The notes under the pieces: model-generated
What the model saw: the letters and a program-made list of their open reading frames with translations, nothing else
Databases searched by the model: none
Told to the model about the DNA's origin: nothing
Translations under genes and position numbers: made by a program
Part shown: positions 15,772 to 18,927 of the stretch, piece after piece
Position numbering within the stretch: position 1 is the stretch's first letter
Layout: the number at the start of each line of letters is the position of its first letter
NCBI GenBank assembly: GCA_963745235.1
Contig: CAVUXE010000006.1
Coordinates: 1-18,927 of the forward strand
DNA length: 18,927 nucleotides
Source: an uncultured Spirochaetota bacterium
GTDB taxonomy: Bacteria; Spirochaetota; Spirochaetia; SZUA-6; Fen-1364
Direction of reading: 5' to 3'

Positions 15772-17103
15772 ATGGCGAAGTTCACCAAAGAAAAAGGTTA
15801 CGAACTACGCGGTTGGGCGACGGGCGCAAATGAAGTAGCTGCACGGGCTGCAATTGAGAACGATCCAAAGTCCCTCCTAACTGGGTTGGCGACCTCCCTC
15901 CTGTACACTGTCAGCGGCATTTTTGAGGGCGGCGGCAAGGAGACTGCAAAGCAGTCGGAGGCTGAGGACTCGTTCGACCAAGCAATCCTGACGTGGAAGA
16001 ATGACCGCTGCCTGTTCGAAGTCTGGTGTTACGCCTTCTTTCATCTTGATCTCTGGCTACATCGGAAGGGACACGGAAAGTTTCGTAGCTACTACAACAA
16101 CTTCGTCGTTGATTTCAGCCTCAGCGTCTTCCAGAAGCTCTTGGGCGCGACCGACCTCACGCAAGTTTTCAACAACAGACTGGACTTGTACGGCCAAGCC
16201 ACACGTGAGGACAAATCCGACGAGCGCTTTAGATTCCTGTTTGAGCAGTCTGTGCTCAGCAGCGACACGGCAAACGAACCGACGGTTCTAACCTTTCCTG
16301 GGTCGCCCGTGATCATCGGCAACTTCTTCGAAACCTTCTCCCTCCACGCGCACGTGGCAGCGTGGTTCAAGGCGATGCTCCCTGTGCATACGGAAGGGTT
16401 GGAATGGGTTATCAAATGCTTTGGCAAACTTGGATTGCTTTCAGCTAATGGCTCCAACGATCCAATCGAAGCAGGAGTGAGCCACATGTCAGAGTGTCTC
16501 CACTGCGGTGCAGTAGTTCAAGCTTTCGATCATGACTTGGAGGGTGATGATCTTTGCCCAAGCTGCGGGTGGAGTGTCAAAGCGGCTGCCAAACTACATC
16601 CCGAAAGGGCCAATAGACCCAAGGGCAACACCTCAAGAAAGTTTCCGAAAGATTTTCGTACAAACAAGGAAGACATATCTCTTCGTTCGAAATGGCTTGC
16701 TCACTGCGTTTACAGGACTTGCAGCTACTCCTACCACTCCATGAGTGCCCTAATGCATGACGATCGCCATGCGGCAACCGACACGGCGATCTTTGGCGAA
16801 GTGGTGGGATACACCATGGCCTTTGTGTTTGAGCGGCTGCGTCATGAAATGGACGAGAACAAACAGAGTCCTGACGAGGAAGTAGCCAATCTCTTCAAGC
16901 ACTATGTCCTGACATTTGCGGAAATCTTTAATGACCTGATCGGGTACAATCTCAAAGGCTCAGGTCTCTTCGAGTCGATTTTTATGGACTACAATTCGCC
17001 CGACTATGATTCTGCATACCGTTCTCTTCATGGCATTCCGCCCGAAGAGACGACCGTTCGCAACCAAGAATGGAGAAGGTACCACAACCCGCACTGCTGT
17101 TAG
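15772..17103 (+). CDS. Hypothetical helical protein with central zinc ribbon; probably 3'-truncated and possibly two fused genes
   Basis: AGAGGA SD before ATG 15772; CLHCG...CPSCG; internal SD+ATG at 16473/16486; stop TAG lies in the presumed transposon end. Confidence 0.65.
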   Translation: MAKFTKEKGYELRGWATGANEVAARAAIENDPKSLLTGLATSLLYTVSGIFEGGGKETAKQSEAEDSFDQAILTWKNDRCLFEVWCYAFFHLDLWLHRKGHGKFRSYYNNFVVDFSLSVFQKLLGATDLTQVFNNRLDLYGQATREDKSDERFRFLFEQSVLSSDTANEPTVLTFPGSPVIIGNFFETFSLHAHVAAWFKAMLPVHTEGLEWVIKCFGKLGLLSANGSNDPIEAGVSHMSECLHCGAVVQAFDHDLEGDDLCPSCGWSVKAAAKLHPERANRPKGNTSRKFPKDFRTNKEDISLRSKWLAHCVYRTCSYSYHSMSALMHDDRHAATDTAIFGEVVGYTMAFVFERLRHEMDENKQSPDEEVANLFKHYVLTFAEIFNDLIGYNLKGSGLFESIFMDYNSPDYDSAYRSLHGIPPEETTVRNQEWRRYHNPHCC

Positions 17104-17187
17104 CTGCCGCACTCTGGTCCGCGGGATTCTCACGATCCCGTGCGCGTATTTGCCGAATTGACGGATAGAATTCCCGCTTTAAAGGAC

Positions 17188-17991
17188 TCATCGTTGCACC
17201 ACAGACTGCACATGCTCGGCTTCCACTTGAGTGCTCTTGGCAACGAAAGCCTTGAATAGAGCGGCGTTGGCGATGGTACCGATGGTACGAAGAATGCCGC
17301 CGGATGCCTGGTGAACGAGGGTGAGGGCATTCTTGGTAAACAGAGGCGCCCGTGCTCCACAAGCGCTGAGACGACCTTCGATGAAGCTGATGCTCTCTTC
17401 AGGAGGGAGTCCTTCCAGCGGAATGGTCACTGTGATGGAGTTGGCCAGGGCTTCCAACATAGACAAGCCGAAGCGCAACGAGAGGGTCTCCGCTCCGCAG
17501 AGCATCACCGTCAGGGCGTTGAGCGAGTCGATGTGGAAGTTGGTCAACAGTCGGATCTCAGCCAGAATCTCATTGCTCAAAAGGTGCGCTTCATCGATGA
17601 GCAATACCGGATGCAAGTGACGCGAACTGTTCATCGAGAGGATGTGGGCTTGGATGTCGCGGAACATGACTGCGCGACGGCAGGATGAGGACAGACCGAA
17701 AAGCGCGCACAGGTGGGTGTAGAACTCCAGGATCCCCACAGAGGTGTGGCAGAGATACAAGGGTTTGAAAAGACCTGCGGGCCGCCGGGAGACCAGCAGG
17801 CGCAAGAGGCAGCTCTTGCCTGTGCCCGATTTGCCGACCATCACTCCGATGCCGTGCGTGTCGACCAGAAGCCGGGCGGCAGCGAGATTGTTCTCCACCG
17901 ATGGCAGAAGCTGCAGAGACTCAGTGGGGATCTCCTTGCCGAAGGGCAACTGAGTCAGGCTGTAGTAGCTGAGCATCTCTTTCCAGTTCAT
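17188..17991 (-). CDS. ExeA-like AAA ATPase (transposition helper)
   Basis: YYSLTQLPF N-terminus, Walker A GKSGTGKS, Walker B LLIDEAHLL, RLLTNF, SGGILRTI. Confidence 0.92.
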   Translation of the reverse strand: MNWKEMLSYYSLTQLPFGKEIPTESLQLLPSVENNLAAARLLVDTHGIGVMVGKSGTGKSCLLRLLVSRRPAGLFKPLYLCHTSVGILEFYTHLCALFGLSSSCRRAVMFRDIQAHILSMNSSRHLHPVLLIDEAHLLSNEILAEIRLLTNFHIDSLNALTVMLCGAETLSLRFGLSMLEALANSITVTIPLEGLPPEESISFIEGRLSACGARAPLFTKNALTLVHQASGGILRTIGTIANAALFKAFVAKSTQVEAEHVQSVVQR

Positions 17992-18927
17992 GAACGCTGC
18001 TCCTTGGAGGTATCGAGGAGTCGAGAGGCCGCCAAAGAGGCACTCACCGGTGTGGCGGATGGTTGTGCAGACTGGCTGGGGTGCTGTTCCACAACCAACT
18101 GGTCGGAGTTGAAGGCGCGTCGGACGCGACTATTGGCGTAGGTATCCACGATGCGGGCATCTCCACGGGGCTTGCCGTCAAGCAAGACCTCGACTCGGCG
18201 ACGCAGGGGAGGAATGGAGACGTCGTAGCGCAGGTGGATGTGCTCGCCGATGAGAGTGGAGTCCACCTCGTAGAGCACCCCCTGGAGGGTAACGGTGGAA
18301 TCCTTGTGTACTTTGCGGATGTCCTCGTGCTTTAAAAGCTCATCGAGATTCACCGTGGGGTCGATGGGAATGATCAGATGAGCCTTCTCCAGCCACAACT
18401 CCAGCGGGGTCCTGCCGCCTATGCCGCGATGAGGGCTTCGGTGGTACTCACTTTCCAGCCAGGTATGAAACCGTGCGTCCAGGTCCTGGAGGCTGGCCAG
18501 TGATTCACAGTGGGTGCTGAGAAATTGTTGCCGTACGGTTCGGAAGAAGCGCTCGATCTTTCCACGTCCCTTGGGCCTGTAGGGACGTGAGTGCACCAGC
18601 ACGATGCCCAGGATGTCCAGGATGCGGCGTGTTTGCAGCGAAACAAACCCCGCCCCGTTATCTGTGTATAGGCGTCCGATCTTGCCGTGGGCGGCCAGCA
18701 CGTGTTTGATGCCGCACTCGAAGGCCAGTGCATTCTCGCTGAAGCCGAAGCAGGCATAGAGAATCCTTCGGGTGGCATCATCCAGGAATGCCAGCAGCAC
18801 CGCCTGGCGCAGCCTGCCCTTGGAGTCAGGCACTTCCACGGTGTACATGCAATCGACCTGCACGCATTCCAGGGGGGCAAAGAACTCGAAGGGCAGTGTC
18901 TGTTCCTGCTGGTGCACTCGCAGGCGT
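17988..18927 (-). CDS. DDE transposase (rve core + Mu-transposase C-terminal domain), N-terminus beyond right edge
   Basis: VQVD, LDDATR, LYTDNG, GKIERFFRTV, YHRSPHRGIG..TP, RKVHKDSTVTLQGVLYEV; frame open to the edge; ATGA overlap with the ATPase. Confidence 0.93.
   Translation of the reverse strand, partial: RLRVHQQEQTLPFEFFAPLECVQVDCMYTVEVPDSKGRLRQAVLLAFLDDATRRILYACFGFSENALAFECGIKHVLAAHGKIGRLYTDNGAGFVSLQTRRILDILGIVLVHSRPYRPKGRGKIERFFRTVRQQFLSTHCESLASLQDLDARFHTWLESEYHRSPHRGIGGRTPLELWLEKAHLIIPIDPTVNLDELLKHEDIRKVHKDSTVTLQGVLYEVDSTLIGEHIHLRYDVSIPPLRRRVEVLLDGKPRGDARIVDTYANSRVRRAFNSDQLVVEQHPSQSAQPSATPVSASLAASRLLDTSKEQRS

Larger units (their letters stand above)
7049..18927. mobile_element. tRNA-Leu-integrated genomic island (right end outside window)
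   Basis: Starts at the tRNA 3' fragment; arm-type repeats next to it; visibly lower GC than the ABC operon; contains excisionase-like HTH, recombinases, IS elements and orphan genes. Confidence 0.75.
17098..18927 (-). mobile_element. Two-gene DDE transposase + ExeA-like ATPase element (IS481/Mu/Tn552-like), other end outside window
   Basis: Coupled transposase and AAA ATPase; candidate terminus TGTTAGCTGCCG at 17098, 90 bp past the ATPase stop. Confidence 0.7.

Noticed and set aside
17188-17991. Type II secretion ExeA/GspA
   Set aside because: No peptidoglycan-binding extension or T2SS genes; coupled to a transposase.

Overview
The window has two parts. The left, GC-richer part (1-6996) holds a truncated dienelactone-hydrolase gene, a small secreted His/Trp-rich protein, debris of an old integrative element (solo IS3-like end, frameshifted integrase N-terminus, arm-type repeats), a CUT1 carbohydrate ABC operon (binding protein plus two permeases) coupled to an argininosuccinate-lyase-like gene, and an MFS pseudogene. 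At 6997-7053 lies the 3' half of tRNA-Leu(CAG) on the minus strand, broken at the anticodon loop. It looks like the att end of a tRNA-integrated genomic island running from about 7050 past the right edge. The island carries a UDG-fold protein, an excisionase-like HTH protein, and a three-gene operon: frameshifted SH3-like gene, membrane protein split by a complete IS66 (14-bp IRs, 8-bp TSD), and a DUF2971/ART-like protein. It also carries a tandem Cys3His zinc-finger microprotein, a recombinase C-terminal relic, a 2-TM protein, and an RHH + tyrosine recombinase pair with a dif-like 11-6-11 site under its own promoter. Finally there is a helical/zinc-ribbon protein apparently truncated by a DDE transposase + ExeA-like ATPase element. 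All family assignments come from motif recognition by eye, not from database searches.
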